DNA of 64,000 nt. Source: Macrostomum hystrix (taxonomy: Eukaryota; Animalia; Platyhelminthes). The position numbers and the translations under genes were made by a program. The notes beneath the pieces are model-generated. The model saw only the letters and a list, made by a program, of their open reading frames with translations. It searched no databases and was not told the origin of the DNA. Location: contig CATNEN010000039.1 in assembly GCA_950097015.1 (NCBI GenBank), positions 10,602,001 to 10,666,000 on the forward strand. Reading direction: 5' to 3'. This document shows positions 35,094 through 54,128 of the stretch, in pieces. Position 1 is the first letter of the stretch. Each line of letters begins with the position of its first letter.

Positions 35094-37348
35094 TTAGCAA
35101 ATTCGCACCAGCAAAGACTTGAAGTCAACAATGCTGGCGCCTGGATTGGCTAATAAAGTTGTCTCCAATTCGTTAGCGACAAGGTGCAGCTTCTCGGGTG
35201 GCGGAGCCACCGACTGTCCTGCCGGATGACAGGTGCACAGGTAGGGCGACCGGACAGGATCATCTAATACGATGCGCGGCTGAGCTGGCTGTGACTGTTG
35301 AACAGAAGCTCCTGCGGCGGGGCGTTCAAGGCGACACCAGTTGAGCAGGTTGTGAGCCGGCACCTGCGACGGGCGGGCAAGGAAGGCGTTAGGAATGTGT
35401 TTGAAAGATTAAGTTAGGCCAACAAGATCAAGAAACAGTAGGTGACAGCAACAGGCACCTGATATCCACCGGGCAGCCGGCAGACCTCTAACAGGCTAAC
35501 GAAGGTCATCTCCATGGAGTAGTGCTTCTGCAGCAGTCGATAGCAAGCCAGGCAGTCTTCGGACTTGTTGAATCTAACCAGCATGTAGCCTAGAGGAGAT
35601 TCGCTTTCATCAACCGGCAGAAAAAACGATCGAGCAGTCGGCATAGTTTGAGAAAATTTTATTAGAAGATCGGACGGAGAGCGCAGCAGAGACTGGGACA
35701 GGTTGCTGACCAGAAAGTGCTGGCATTGAATTTCCTCGGCTAGCTGGAGAGAAGCGAAAAGTGTTGGGGTGACTTATTACGAGTATAAGTGCGACATTTT
35801 TTCGAACAAAATGTGACAATATATAAAAAAATGTGTTTTTTCTACTTCAAGTAGACAGTATCTAATTATGTTTTTATATTGAAAAACTTTTTGGCCATTA
35901 GATAAGAACTAACAAACCTGAAGAGACACCGGGCAAAAGTACAATCGCGTCCACTTGTACAGATACTCCTCCGAGTAGCTGGCGTAGGCGCGCAAATTTT
36001 TTAGATTGGCATCCTCCGGAAAGCGCGACACAAACAAGCTAGATTGCAGCTTCTTTTGTAGCCGCTTCAGAGTCAAATTCTTGGCCACTTTGGCTGTGGC
36101 GGTGGCGCCGTTGCCGGAAAACACTAGAACAGTTTTACTATCGATCTCTGGCACAATAATGACCTGGCTAATCTCGCACAGGGACTTCTTCAATAAGCCT
36201 TTAAAAGTGCGTTTCAAAGACGCGTCGGTGGTGGTGAGCGGCAGGCCGCAGACGATGAAATATTCGAGATCGCCAGCGATAAACTGATAATTGCGCGGCG
36301 GCAGGAACTGCTGCTCGGCTGCTGAGTCTGCTAAACCTAGCTGCTGCTGTTGCTGCTGTTGCTGCGACGGTGGTGGCTCTCTACGTCGAACTTTAACTGG
36401 TGGCGGTCCGCCTGATCGTTGGCTACTGGCGCTAGCCACCTCTGATGCCTCCGCGGCAGATAGCTCGGGGAGAGGCGCAGGCGATGCTTCAGTGACCATC
36501 GCCGCACTGCTGTCGATTCTTGACAAATCACCGCCTCCACCTGCACCAGAGTCACCGTTTGTGGGCGCGGCCTGAGATGTAGACAAGAGAATACCCGGCG
36601 GCAGGGGCTTTGGAACCGTGGAAATTGTCTCATTCATACTGCCCGATGCTGAATTTGCCGAGTTCATTCCAGTAGCCGCACGCGGTATTGGCACCTTTGA
36701 AGTCTTTTCGGTTGCTGCAGGCAGCATCGGCGCCTTTGAAGTTTCATCCGCAGTTGTAGGCGGTATCGGCGCCTTTGAAGTTTCATCAACAGTTTTAGGC
36801 GGCATCGGCGCCTTTGAAGTTTCATCCGCAGTTGTAGGCGGTATTGGGGCCTTTGAAGTTTCATCCGCAGTTGCATGCGGTATCGGCGCCTTTGAAGTTT
36901 CATCAGCAGTTTTAGGCGGCATCGGCGCCTTTGAAGTTTCATCCGCAGTTGTAGGCGGTATCGGCGCCTTTGAAGTTTCATCAACAGTTTTAGGCGGCAT
37001 CGGCGCCTTTGAAGTTTCATCCGCAGTTGTAGGCGGTATTGGGGCCTTTGAAGTTTCATCTGCAGTTGCAGGTGGTATCGGCGCCTTTGAAGTTTCATCC
37101 GCAGTTGCAGGTGGTATCGGCGCCTTTGAAGTTTCATCCGCAGTTGTAGGCGGTATCGGCGCCTTTGAAGTTTCATCCGAAGCTGCTAAATCAGTGGTCT
37201 TTATATAAACCGCATCGCCGCTTCCATAAATGGAATCGGGCTTGGCGGTATTCGTTTCCTCAGTCACAACAGGTGCAAGTGTGTCATTAGTTCCATTTCC
37301 ATCTAGGCTGATGCCATCAGATATTGCATCATTGATTAGCTCTGTCAT
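35094..37348 (-). CDS. Protein with 13-aa tandem repeats, polyQ and degenerate RRM-like domains; exons 37348-35918, 35743-35459, 35363-35094
   Basis: Long ORF; ADETSKAPIPPTT repeats; RNP2/RNP1-like YFIVCGLPLTTT, FLVSNLS, LGYMLVRF; phase-0 GT-AG introns. Confidence 0.7.
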
Positions 37349-38591
37349 CTTTCAATCTAGTCCAGTGACGAAATTAACAACTGATTGTTTTTATAATCCA
37401 GTTGTTACCTAGTAAAAACTGTTTTACACCAACTTTACTTGGCATGAAATTCCTGTTAGGCTTATTATTATTATTTTAACAATTTGATTTAGCTAAATCG
37501 CTTTATATTTACCTATGTACTTGAATGTCCTAAAACAAAGGCAATTTGTCATGAAAACTAATTGCACACTTGTAACACTCGCGTCACCTCTAAATCGCTG
37601 GAATTAGTTAAATGGGAGAAATTCTATTGAATTGAAAATTGGCACAGCCGGAGCTACTGCTGCTTACAGCTAGCTACCCAGTCCATGGACTGGAAGGTGG
37701 CCGCCAAAACCAGGCTAAACTTCTACGACTTCAGTCGCAGCTAATGCTGGAACACATTCTACGACTGATTAAACTACAAATGATACAAACGAAAGGACAG
37801 GAAGAAAGACCATTACGATTAGAAAATAGCTAAATTCCCTGCACTCTTCCTGACCGAGTTTGGGAAAAAGCGAATTCTAGATTTAAATATTTATTTCAAC
37901 AAGTTGGATAAGAAAATTCAGTTAGAACACACTTCATTTCTTCAATTTTTTAGATTTCGGCTAATTTCGAGGACAATGAATCTAGCAACAATGTTAACAG
38001 ACAATGTTAACAAAATCTAGTTAACAAAAATACAGAGCACACACACAAAACAAACTCTGTATACTACTCATAGCTGACAAGAGCAAGCAAGTAGCATCTA
38101 AGTGACATTGCACCGCGTTATAACTAAAGAATGTCTGTAAATTAATATTATTAGCTTAATATTTCTAAACAAAGCACCCAAAAATAAAAAAGAATGGTGT
38201 TAAAAAAGCATGAAGTGGTCTAACACTGGTCTATCAAGAGCTGGCACTTGAAAACAAATTGTTAACTAAATAATCCTACGTACAGTATAGATTTTAGCTC
38301 ATTTTAGGTACACACCGATTTTTAGCTAGAGTCGCTTAAAAAACCGCAAACAAAAACCAAGAAAACTGATGCAGAAAAAACGCCAACTTCTATGTAATCT
38401 TGGAACTGATGGTTGGTAACGAAAACAGAGGAATTTACTAAGCCGTTGCTACCCGACGTAGCTGGGTAGATTACTATCCTAAATTCTGAACGGTACTCAA
38501 TTTGTTTGCTAAAATCGATGTTTTTTAATGGTAGAAAATAGTTTCACATTCTCTTAGCCTACTTAGAGTAGTAATTCTACTAAATTCAGCG

Positions 38592-39320
38592 TCACATAAT
38601 GAGAAAGTGCTCATCGACCACCAATCTGGCCAGGTGCTTGACCTGCTCAGCCCGAGCCTCCAACGCGTGATAGATGCTGCTTAAATCTATTGAAGTCAAC
38701 GGGGAAGCTGACGAAGCTGCCAGAGATTGCGGCAGCTGCGGCGGTTGCGGCGGCGGCGGCGGCGGAGGCAGGGCTTCAATTCCGCGATTAGCAATGACCC
38801 ATTCAACCGCAACCGGACCCTTGGCGGCAGTCTTGGAATAGACAAACTGCTCTAGGACAGTTTCAACTAAGCCGCCAAATAGCCTAGACGGACATCGAAT
38901 AGTGGCGGACTGTTTGAGCAGTGTCCGGCCAGCCGGATCAGCCGGATGCGGTGTGTACTCCAGCCGTTCCTCGATGGTCAGATCGGAGCTTAGCGTTATG
39001 TTTCTAGCCCGCAACTCGTAGCGCCGTTTAACCGGATCCACAACAGTGTGCTCGCTACCATACCAGATCTCGGCGTCCTCGTGAACCAGCTTCTTAATTA
39101 GGCTGCCAAATCCTATAGCTTTTAGGCGCTGCACTAGGCCCGTGTAGTCTGTGCCATAGATGCGGTGCGATCGCAATTGGCCATTGGGTGTTAACTCTCG
39201 CCTGACAACATCTTGGCTAACAATGCTGGAATTGTGCGGATTGGGATATTTCCGCACCGCAGCCTGTACAACTGTCTCCCAGTTGTGCTCAAATGTGTGC
39301 TCAGTTTGCCAAATTCGCAT
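38592..39320 (-). CDS. PRELID3: PRELI-domain protein 3 (slowmo/Ups2 family), single exon
   Basis: MRIWQTEHTFEHNWETVVQAAVRKYPNP, EHTVVDP, IEERLEYTPHP.DP..RTLLKQ.A.I. Confidence 0.9.
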   Translation of the reverse strand: MRIWQTEHTFEHNWETVVQAAVRKYPNPHNSSIVSQDVVRRELTPNGQLRSHRIYGTDYTGLVQRLKAIGFGSLIKKLVHEDAEIWYGSEHTVVDPVKRRYELRARNITLSSDLTIEERLEYTPHPADPAGRTLLKQSATIRCPSRLFGGLVETVLEQFVYSKTAAKGPVAVEWVIANRGIEALPPPPPPPQPPQLPQSLAASSASPLTSIDLSSIYHALEARAEQVKHLARLVVDEHFLIM

Positions 39321-39506
39321 GCTCTAACCAAATTTTCTGATAAATATAAACTTATTATTTATTTGACGAGGTCTGAGGCTTACTGTGGAGCTCTGAAAAA
39401 TGTGTTGAAAAATTGTGGCAGCAATGATTCAGTCAGAAATAAAGTTCTACCTCATTATTATTGGATCTATCTAGTCATTGAAAAGTGATATATGTCACCT
39501 ACCTAC

Positions 39507-39610
39507 GAGTGACAGATCTATCTACTCAGTGATTAAAGGAGTGACAGATCTATCTACTCAGTGATTAAAGGAGTGACAGATCTATCTACTCAGTGACTTA
39601 AGGAGTAACA
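39507..39610. repeat. 32-bp repeat, about 3 copies
   Basis: GAGTGACAGATCTATCTACTCAGTGATTAAAG. Confidence 0.8.
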
Positions 39611-40069
39611 ATGTATAAATAATAATCGAAATGAGCACAATTAAAGAAAAAAAGCTTACTAAAAAAACAAATTATTCGCTGGCTTGCTTGGAAACGGTAT
39701 ATTGAATTTTACAAATTTACAGAAAATTTTAGTAGAGGGTTGGTTGTAATGGACAAATTTTTATATGCATGAACACGAATTTCTGAAATTTATAACGCTA
39801 CTTATAAGCAGAATAAAGAACATTTACATTTAAATAAATATACATTAATTTACACACACTTGCTACCTATATTACATATGAAGCCTATAAGAAGGTTGCG
39901 ATTTGGTTTAAGTAATGAATATGTAAACCCGCATTAACCATTGATAAGCAATAAATTTCCTAAGCTCAAAACGCAGCAAGGGCCGCACGGAACATCTGTA
40001 TAAATAGACAAAGAGTTTAACTTTATGCTAAAGAGGCTGGCAAAGTGCAGCATATTTGTAGAATGTAGA

Positions 40070-40470
40070 AATAAGACAGGGGACAGATAAGACAGGTGAG
40101 AGATAAGACAGGGGACAGATAAGACAGGGGAGAGATAAGACAGGGGACAGATAAGACAGGGGACAGATAAGACAGGGGAGAGATAAGACAGAGGACAGAT
40201 AAGACAGGGGACAGATAAGACAGGGGAGAGATAAGACAGGGGACAGATAAGACAGGGGAGAGATAATACAGAGGACAGATAAGACAGGGGACAGATAAGA
40301 CAGGGGAGAGATAAGACAGGGGACAGATAATAGAGGCTGGAGGGGAGAGATAAGACAGGGGACAGATAAAACATTGGAGAAATGAGACAGGGGAGAGATG
40401 AGACACTGGATATGAGACAGGCGAGAGATGAGACACTGACACTGGATATGAGACAGGGTGAGATAAAACG
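40070..40470. repeat. 16-bp minisatellite (GATAAGACAGGGGASA) downstream of KAT5
   Basis: Tandem repeats. Confidence 0.9.
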
Positions 40471-40617
40471 GGAGAGTAGATGCTGAAGTGTGACCTGATT
40501 GGTGGAGGCTGCCAACCCCGGACATTACAGCAGGTGAGCACGATTCAAACAACCAATCAGAAATGAACGTATCAATCAAAAACACGCCGATCAATAAATA
40601 AGCAATGAATTAGCCAA

Positions 40618-45600
<4,983 letters not shown>

Positions 45601-46259
45601 TTAGATTCAGCTGGGGATCTGGGAAAAAGTCACAAATAAACTTCAGGGGTTTAAAATATAGAACAGGGATTTAGTAGCTAAGAATTTCTGCGATCAAAGC
45701 TTGAATAAATAGATCAAAATAAGCATCCACAGGGTCTATGAACAGTGCAATGCTAAATTCTAAAGTGAATTCTACGCTTTTAACCAGCTGCTTTCATAAT
45801 TCCAACTATAATATGCGAATCAGTTAGTGTAATGCTCAAATCTGTATTCGATTACTAATTCACATGAAAATATTAGTAATATTGGCGGCGATCGAAATAG
45901 CAAAACAATAACTAACGCAAGGAACAGCAGAATATAAAGTATCCAAATCAACCGTGAAATTGTGGCCTTTACAATCTGCTTCAACGCATTTAGAGAGGAA
46001 AAAACGGTCAATCGATGGTAAAAAATACGCCTACAAAAAAGCAACAAAGAAAAATCGAAATAGAAAAAAATATTCTCGTAATTTGAGGACAATTTCATTT
46101 GCTGCCGGGAGTGCTGGGGTGGATCTTGACAAAAGAGAGAAATAATAAAAATACCAACCAGGCCTGATGAAACTATGGTTACAAACTGTACACAGGATCT
46201 GCTATAACACAGCAACAGTGATCCTCTAGGGTAGGCGGGCACCGATTGTTTATTGTTAT

Positions 46260-46730
46260 GGAGACGATTGTCTAGGGTAGATAGGGACCGATTGTCTAGG
46301 GTAGATAGGGACCTATTGTCTAGGGTAGATAGGGACCGATTGTCTAGGGTAGATAGGGACCTATTGTCTAGGGTAGATAGGGACCGATTGTCTAGGGTAG
46401 ATAGGGACCGATTGTCTAGGGTAGATAGGGACCGATTGTCTAGGGCAGATAGGGACCGATTGTCTAGGGTAGATAGGGACCGATTGTCTGGGGTAGATAG
46501 GGACCGATTGTCTAGGGTAGACAGGGACCGATTGTCTAGGGTAGATAGGGACCGATTGTCTAGGGTAGATAGGGACCCATTGTCTAGGGTAGATAGGGAC
46601 CGATTGTCTAGGGTAGATAGGGACCGATTGTCTAGGGTAGATAGGGACCGATTGTCTAGGGTAGACAGGGACCGATTGTCTAGGGTAGATAGGGACCGAT
46701 TGTCTAGGGTAGATAGGGACCGATTGTGGA
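46260..46730. repeat. 24-bp minisatellite (CCGATTGTCTAGGGTAGATAGGGA)
   Basis: Tandem repeats. Confidence 0.95.
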
Positions 46731-47579
46731 CTAAATTGTAAGAGCCGGTTCTTAAAACTAAAAATTTCTCACAATAAAGTAGAATACTGTTGCTGCAAGA
46801 AAAACGTAATGAAAACGTAGGAAAATGATAAAAAAAGAGAATGAGATAAGAAAAAAAGTGAGGGACAAAACAAGGACCAAAGAATTAATTCTTTGATTCA
46901 GAGTGTATTGCTCATTGAGAGTAGTATAGTATGCACATTATCAATATTTGTAGAAAAATAAACAGTTCAAGCGAAACAATAAAAGTTAAACAGTTATATT
47001 TTTAAGTATGATTTTACTTGCATGCTTCGTGCTTAAGGCATTAAAACATTTTTGGCAATGAAATCTGAGTTAAACAACTAAAGAAAATAAGAATTTACTA
47101 GGCTCTACATACACACCCCAAATTGCTGTCTAACCATAACAGTTAAAGTACTTTTAGCATGAAGAAAAAACTAGACGCACAATTAAATGCATTCATTTGA
47201 ATTAGACAAAATGTAGCATAATAAAGGTAAGATTTTACTCGTAAACTTAAGAAAAATAACCCACAAAACTTCTGTCTCGGTAGTATTACTAGCATTTGCA
47301 TCTCGAACAAAACTTGCACTAGTTTTCAACCAGAATTTTAGTCTAGACAACTTTTTGCTGCCCATTTAAAAAAGAGAGTAAGTGAGGAAAACTGTAGGCT
47401 AACACCTGCTGTACACTGGCTCAAATACGTAAAAAATTTAATCGGGCAATAATTAAAGAAATCGAAGATAAAAGGAGCGCCGGTGTTTACTAAACAGTGA
47501 TTGCAAATCTGGCATTATTACACATAAAATAGGATGATAAAATGATGTTGCCTGTATAAGAAAATAGAAATGAGGAGAC

Positions 47580-48330
47580 ATGGAGAGAGAGAATAAGGGA
47601 GAGGAGATAGGATAAGGGAGAGGAAAGATAGGATAATGAGGAGAGAGAGAATCAGGGAGAGGAAAGATAGGATAATGAGGAGAGAGAGAATCAGGGAGAG
47701 GAAAGATAGGATAATGAGGAGAGAGAGAATCAGGGAGAGGAAAGATAGGATAATGAGGAGAGAGAGAATCAGGGAGAGGAAAGATAGGATAATGAGGAGA
47801 GAGAGAATCAGGGAGAGGAAAGATAGGATAATGAGGAGAGAGAGAATCAGGGAGAGGAAAGATAGGATAATGAGGAGAGAGAGAATCAGGGAGAGGAAAG
47901 ATAGGATAATGAGGAGAGAGAGAATCAGGGAGAGGAAAGATAGGATAATGAGGAGAGAGAGAATCAGGGAGAGGAAAGAGGATAAGAGAGGAGAGAGGAT
48001 AAGGGAGAGGAAAGAGAGGATAAGGGAGGAGAGAGAGGATAAGGGAGAGGAAAGAGGATAAGGATAAGGGAGGAGAGAGAGGATACGAGAGAGAGAGAGG
48101 ATAAGGGAGAGGAGAGAGAGAGGATACGGGAGGAGAGAGAGGAAAAGGGAGAGGAGAGAGGATAAGGGAGAGGAAAGATAGGATAACAAGAGAGAGAATC
48201 AGGGAGAGGAAAGAGGATAAGGGAGAGGATAGAGAGGATAAGGGAGAGGAGAGAGTGGATAAGGGAGAGGAAAGAGGATAAGGGAGAGGAGAGATGATAA
48301 GGAGGAGAAGAATAGGGAGTGGGAATAGGC
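47580..48330. repeat. 39-bp purine-rich minisatellite downstream of ELL
   Basis: Unit GATAGGATAATGAGGAGAGAGAGAATCAGGGAGAGGAAA, degenerating towards 48330. Confidence 0.9.
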
Positions 48331-48426
48331 GAGAGGTGAGAGGAGAAATGGAAGGACAAGAGGCGTGTGAGGACAAATCTGATTAATAGCCGCCGGAAGA
48401 TCAAAGGCAGAAACAAAGGCAAATCT

Positions 48427-51262
48427 TCAGTCTCCGACGCCGGAATCGTCAAAGGTTTCAATGAGTTGGCGCAATCGTTTCAATCGCGCCTGAAGCCGGC
48501 CGCATCGTTTGGTGTCGCCGCGAAAACTGGCGTCGTGCCGATAGCGCCGGTAGAGGCTGACGATGGCTGCGCCGGCTTCTGAATGAGCCACGCTGCCTGG
48601 CCGACAGCGGGCCAGTTGGGCTTCAAGAGCGGCAGCCTGATCTGACACGGCACGCACCCGCTCCCACAGCCGGCGATACTCCGGGTAGTGACGGTCGTAC
48701 AAGGACTTGCGGTGCAAAACAGTGAGATTGGCTTGCTTATATTAATATCTAAGTAGGACTTCACTCTACTTTTAAACCTAGATTATTTGAGCCTCTTAAA
48801 ACATATCGACTGCTCAACTAGCTCGTATAAAAATCTAACTGTGTATCGACACCCTGCCCCCCAATGTTGACTTTTGACCCTCTGCCCCCTCACTGCTGCG
48901 TATTGACCCCTCTGCCCCCTCACTGCTGCGTATTGACCTCTCTGCCCCTCACTGCTGTGTATTGACCCCCCTGCCCTCACTGCTGTGCATTGACCCCCTG
49001 CCCCCTATTTCTGTGTATTGACCCCCCTGACTGCCATGCATTGACCCCCTGCCCCCTGACTGCCATGCATTGACCCCCTGCCCCCTGACTGCCATGCATT
49101 GACCCCCCTGCCCCCTTAAAGCTGTGTATTGACCCTCCTGCCCACACTGCTGTGTATTGACCCAACGCAACTGCCACTACAATCCACTGACCCTATGCTC
49201 TCAATCAATAGTCTACTGACCACCTGAGCAGTAGTGAAGATTTTCACCTTGTATGCGGATCTTTGAGCAGCGCAGCGTATAGGCTTCAGTGTGACCACGA
49301 ACACGCTCGATGCCTGGTGCTGTCCGCGCCGCTTCTGCTTTTGTAGCCGCCTCTGACGTCGCCTGTCGGCATCATCGACATCGCTGCACGGACCGTCGCT
49401 ATCCATTGCACAGCCTCCGGTCTCATCGCCGTCAACTTCGATATCGTCGATTTCACCCTTAAACTGATCATCTTCGTCATCGTCTTCGAAATCTTCGCAG
49501 TCGACGTCGGCGTCAACGTCCATGCCGATGTCGCATAAATCGCAGCTGGAAAGCCGGGCCAGCTCAGCGGCCAAGCTGCCATCGTCGCTGTGCTTCGGAT
49601 TGACGACTTTGCCGTCCTTAGCGCCAGTACTGCTGCTGTTCTTATTGCCGACGCTGTCGTTATTATTGTTGATATGGTTGGCATGTACACCGGAAACGAC
49701 TCGATCCGTTGTCGCTATTGTTGAAGGCTTGTCCAATTTTGGCGTCGCCACACACGACGTTGACACAGCCGACAATGAGGCGGACGCCTCGGCGATGCGT
49801 CGTTTAACCAGCGCCCTCTCCGAGTCTGAATAGACGGCCCAGCTGTCTGGCCGGACCTCCTTGTAGAGACAGGCGCGCAGGCCGTAGCCCCGGCCATCGC
49901 CCTGCAGTTTGGCCAGCTGAACTAGCAGGCTGGCCAGGGCTGTTGGATCCGGCGGGGTCAGGCCGTCGGCTCGCAGACGAGTCAGCAGCTCCGGCCTAGT
50001 CAACGGCCTGACAGCTAGAAGGTGCAACATTCTGTCGCGGAGAGTCGGCTCGGGTGTGGAGGCCTATGATGAGGGCGTTTGAATTACAATGGGGGTACGA
50101 TCTCTAGCCACAGAATACAGATTTTTTAATTGGATTCTGATACTCTTGAACCTCAATCACGGTATCCCAATCATAATACCTAAACCATGGGATCCTAAGC
50201 CAGATTCCTAAACTATGGGATCCTAAGCCAGATTTCTAAACTATGGGATCCTAACCCAGATTCCTAAACTATGGGATCCTAAGCCAGATTCATAAACTAT
50301 GGGATCCTAAGCCAGATTCCTAAACTATGGGATCCTAAGCCAGATTCCTAAACTATGGGATCCTAAGCCAGATTCCTAAACTATGAAATCCTAAGCCAGA
50401 TTCATAAACTATGGGATCCTAAGCCAGATTCATAAACTATGGGATCCTAAGCCAGATTCCTAAACTATGGGATCCTAAGCCAGATTCCTAAACCGTGGGA
50501 TCCTAAGCCAGATTCCTAAACCATGGGATCTAAATCCCAAACCATGGGATCTAAATCCCAAACCATGGGATCTAAATCCTAAACCATGGGATCTAAATCC
50601 CAAACCATGGGATATAAATCCTAAACCATCGGATGTTGCCCCAAAGCTTAAACTACGGACTTTCATCCAAACCATCCAACCTTAATCCTAAATTTTGGAA
50701 TCGCAATCTTAGCAATAGAACGGTTCCAGATCCTAAACAGCAAAAAAGCTCAATCTACCGAAGTGCCAGATTTCGCAGCCGCTGAAGCCGGCGTTGGCTT
50801 CGAATTCGGCGCAGCCGCGTCCACAGTCAGCCGGCGTCCGATTCGGCCCAGTCGGGAGGCCGACTGTGATTGGTGCGAATAACGCACGAGCTCAGCTGGC
50901 CGGTTGTGTTCAGACGAGTCGCCTGGCGTCAGGCTCAGCCGAGTGCCGTCTGGCAGGTTTAGAAATCCGACCACTCCGCCGCCATTATTACCGGATGCTG
51001 ACGAATCGGCGAATGTCACCGACGCCGACGAAGCTTCCTCACTGCCGCCGATGCGAGTAAGGGCGCGCAGAGCAGCGTCGGTCAGGCGGAGCTGTAGCAG
51101 GCAGCGGGTGTTGGCCGACGCCGATAGGCCACGAAGCAGATGCGTCGAACTGCTAGCTGACTGGCCGGAGCTGGAAGTCGAAGACGCCGTTGTTGCCGGT
51201 GCTGTTGAACGCGGCGAAGGCGCCTGCGCCGGCGCTTTGTGCTTGCTGGCGCGTGCAGCGCT
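48427..51262 (-). CDS. ELL: RNA polymerase II elongation factor ELL; exons 51262 (or 51304)-50759, 50063-49248, 48705-48427
   Basis: LQLRLTDAALRAL (ELL N-domain), LRDRMLHLLAVRP....ELLTRLRADGL, YKEVRPDSWAVYS..ER, occludin/ELL domain QRSAYK|SLYDRHYPEYRRL...RC..L..RL..L..LI..FD. No in-frame ATG in exon 1. Confidence 0.85.
48870..49165. repeat. 27-30-bp minisatellite, ELL intron 2
   Basis: TATTGACCCCCTGCCCC... tandem units. Confidence 0.8.
50180..50625. repeat. 28-bp/21-bp minisatellite, ELL intron 1
   Basis: AAACTATGGGATCCTAAGCCAGATTCCT, then AAACCATGGGATCTAAATCCC. Confidence 0.9.
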
Positions 51263-51369
51263 CTTAAATGTTAATCGTAGATTGATTGATTGAAAAGTGT
51301 TGATCTGCGTGCGATAATTTTAATTGCTAAGCGTTTTCTTAAAAAGGGAGCTTCTAGCCGTCTAGTCTA

Positions 51370-51550
51370 TGTGGTTAAAGCTCGAGCCGTCTGACACGTG
51401 ACACAATTTCCTTGTGCTTTAGATCACTGAGCTGTAAAGCAGGTAACTACATCACCTGGGTTAGAAAATTAGCTCTTTGTGGCGGCCTACACTGTCCATG
51501 GACTGAGCAGCTGTCTTTGTTAGAGCCATAACAGTAGCTGCATCTGACAA
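51370..51550 (+). mobile_element. Decayed SINE, copy 3
   Basis: TCCATGGACTGAGCAGCTGT and GCTGCATCTGAC match the reverse complement of the other SINE copies. Confidence 0.4.
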
Positions 51551-52174
51551 TGAGACACTGACTGAAAATTTAATTTTCCAGTACTAAGGTGACTAAGACT
51601 AAAACGAGCAAGTTGAAATACATAGACTTGTCAAGACTTGTCAATACTTATGAAAATTATTATCTTTTAGCAGGTGTCAGCACTGAGGTATCATTTAGCA
51701 TTAGTCAAATATATTGATAACTTAACACCTTGATAAGTTGATAAATTTGATAATCAACTTTGATAAATTGATAACTTAAACACTTAAAAGTGTTTATCAG
51801 TTTTTCAATTGTGTTTATCAGTTTTCTAAAAGTGTTTATCGTTTTTTTAAAGTGTTTACTAGTATTCTAAATGTGTTTGTCAGTTTTTTTATTATGTTTA
51901 CCAGTTTTCTAAATGTTTTAACAGTTTTCTAAACGTGTTTGTCAGTTTGATAAAAGTGTTTATCAGTTTTTTATTGTGTTTACAAGTTTTCTAAATGTCT
52001 CGAAAAGTTTTCTAAGTGTGTTTAACAGTTTTCTAAACGTGTTTATCAGTTTTCTAAATGTGTTCAACAATTTTTCAAAAGTGTCCAAAAGTTTCCTAAA
52101 AGTCCAATAATTACCACTTTTCTTAATGCGTTTTAAAGTTTTTAAATATGTTGAACGGTTAATAATGGGTATTT

Positions 52175-52715
52175 GCTGCTGAGGGGAATTAGTTCTCTGC
52201 TGCTGGGGGGAATTAATTATCTGCTGCTGGGGGGAATTAGTTCTTTGCTGCTGGGGGGAATTAGTTCCTTGCTGCTGGGGGGAATTAGTTCTTTGCTGCT
52301 GGGGGGGCGAATTAGTTATCTGCTGCTGGGGGGAATTAGTTCCTTGCTACTGGGGGGAATTAGTTCTCTGCTGCTGGGGGAATTAGTTCTCTGCTGCTGG
52401 GGGGAATTAGTTCCTTGCTGCTGGGGGGAATTAGTTCTTTGCTGCTGGGGGGAATTAGTTCCTTGCTGCTGGGGGGAATTAGTTCTCTGCTGCTGGGGGG
52501 AATTAGTTCTCTGCTGCTGGGGGGAATTAGTTCCTTGCTGCTGGGGGAATTAGTTCTCTGCTGCTGGGGGAATTAGTTCTCTGCTGCTGGGGGAATTAGT
52601 TCTGTGCTGCTGGGGGGGAATTAGTTCCTTGCTGCTGGGGGGAATTAGTTCTCTGCTGCTGGGGGGGCGAATTAGTTCCTTGCTGCTGGGGGGAATTAGT
52701 TCTCTGCTGCTGCTG
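52175..52715. repeat. 24-bp minisatellite (CTGCTGCTGGGGGGAATTAGTTCT)
   Basis: Tandem repeats. Confidence 0.95.
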
Positions 52716-52919
52716 TCTGAACAGTTGTGCCCCCCAAGGGGGGCTTAGTGTGCTAGTTGGTACTATTTGAATGGGACCATGCTGATGAGATAAGCACTAC
52801 CAAAATAAAAACTAGCTACCTATGCCCTAATTTATAACTATTTCGATTTTTTTCAATTAATCTTGAGCTAAAAGTTATATTAGGAATACTTCTATTAAAA
52901 CTTGTTTGACCAATTTAGT

Positions 52920-53198
52920 CATACATGTGCAACACCCGGCCGACGCGGCCGAACCGGCCGGGTGAAACGAGGGCCAAGCAAGGTAAGTCGCAAAAACCAA
53001 TCGACCAAGCGCAAAAAAATCAAAGGGGGTACCAAGGGAAAAAAAGGAAGGCGTGAAGAAAAGGAAAAAGGGGAGAAAAAAGAGAGCAAATGAGAGCAAA
53101 CTAAGTCGTAAATAGAGCAATGAAACAAACTAAGTCACAAATGAGAGAAAAAACTAAGTCGCACGGCCGGCTAAGATTTGGGAGGTTGCGCATGTATG
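52920..53198. mobile_element. hAT-type MITE family A, copy 3
   Basis: TIRs CATACATGTGCAAC...GTTGCGCATGTATG with perfect 8-bp TSD AATTTAGT. Confidence 0.9.
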
Positions 53199-54128
53199 AA
53201 TTTAGTTATACCAAAAAATTGACATAAGACAAACTCAAATATTCTACACTACACTCTACACTTTAAAGCCCTGAGAATAATAATAATTTTAAATATGCAA
53301 CTTCACTACTCTGCTAATCTTTACTTGACATCTATTCAATAAATCCTGCTACCCCTTTAATATATCATGCTATCCCTTGACCAAGTATACAACCCTCTCA
53401 AAAAAGCTTGTTGTAAAAGCTTTCATTACTTGTCAATAATTTATGCTAATCCCACAAAAAATTGTGCCACTCTCAAAATTTAATGAAGTTCCCTCACTAA
53501 TAATTACTGTTTCCTCAATAACTTATGCTGCCTGTAAACAATTTATGCTACACCTTTAATTAATCATTATAATCCTTGAAAACTCATGGTTACATTTAAA
53601 AAATGCTACCATCTCAATATATCATGCTACCCCCTAGATTAATAATTGCGACCCTTTCAATATACATTCTTAAAGCCCATTTGATAAATGATACCCCTTG
53701 ATAATTTATGTTTTTTTTCATCAATAAGTCATGCTTTTCCCTCAATAATTTTTTATTTCCACTTTAAAATTTTGAACTCCCTCCATTTTTCATACTTTCC
53801 CATCGATTACTCATGCTTTTCATTAGAAAAATCATGCTTTCCTATTGATAGTTTATGCTTTCCCTTTGATAGTTCATGCTTTCCCTTTAATAAATCATTC
53901 TATCCTTTTCAAGTTACTGCTATACACTCAAAGTATTACGCTATCCCCTTGAAATGTCTTTTTTTCTCTTGAAATGTCATGTTATGTCTTTAAGAAATCA
54001 TGACATTTCCTAGATACAAGTATATAAAAAGTTCTTCCCTATTATTGCCATTTATGTGATATCTCCATTGATATCTAGCACTATATTCTTAAGTTTCATG
54101 GTTTCCTTTGAATTATTATGCTTTCAAA

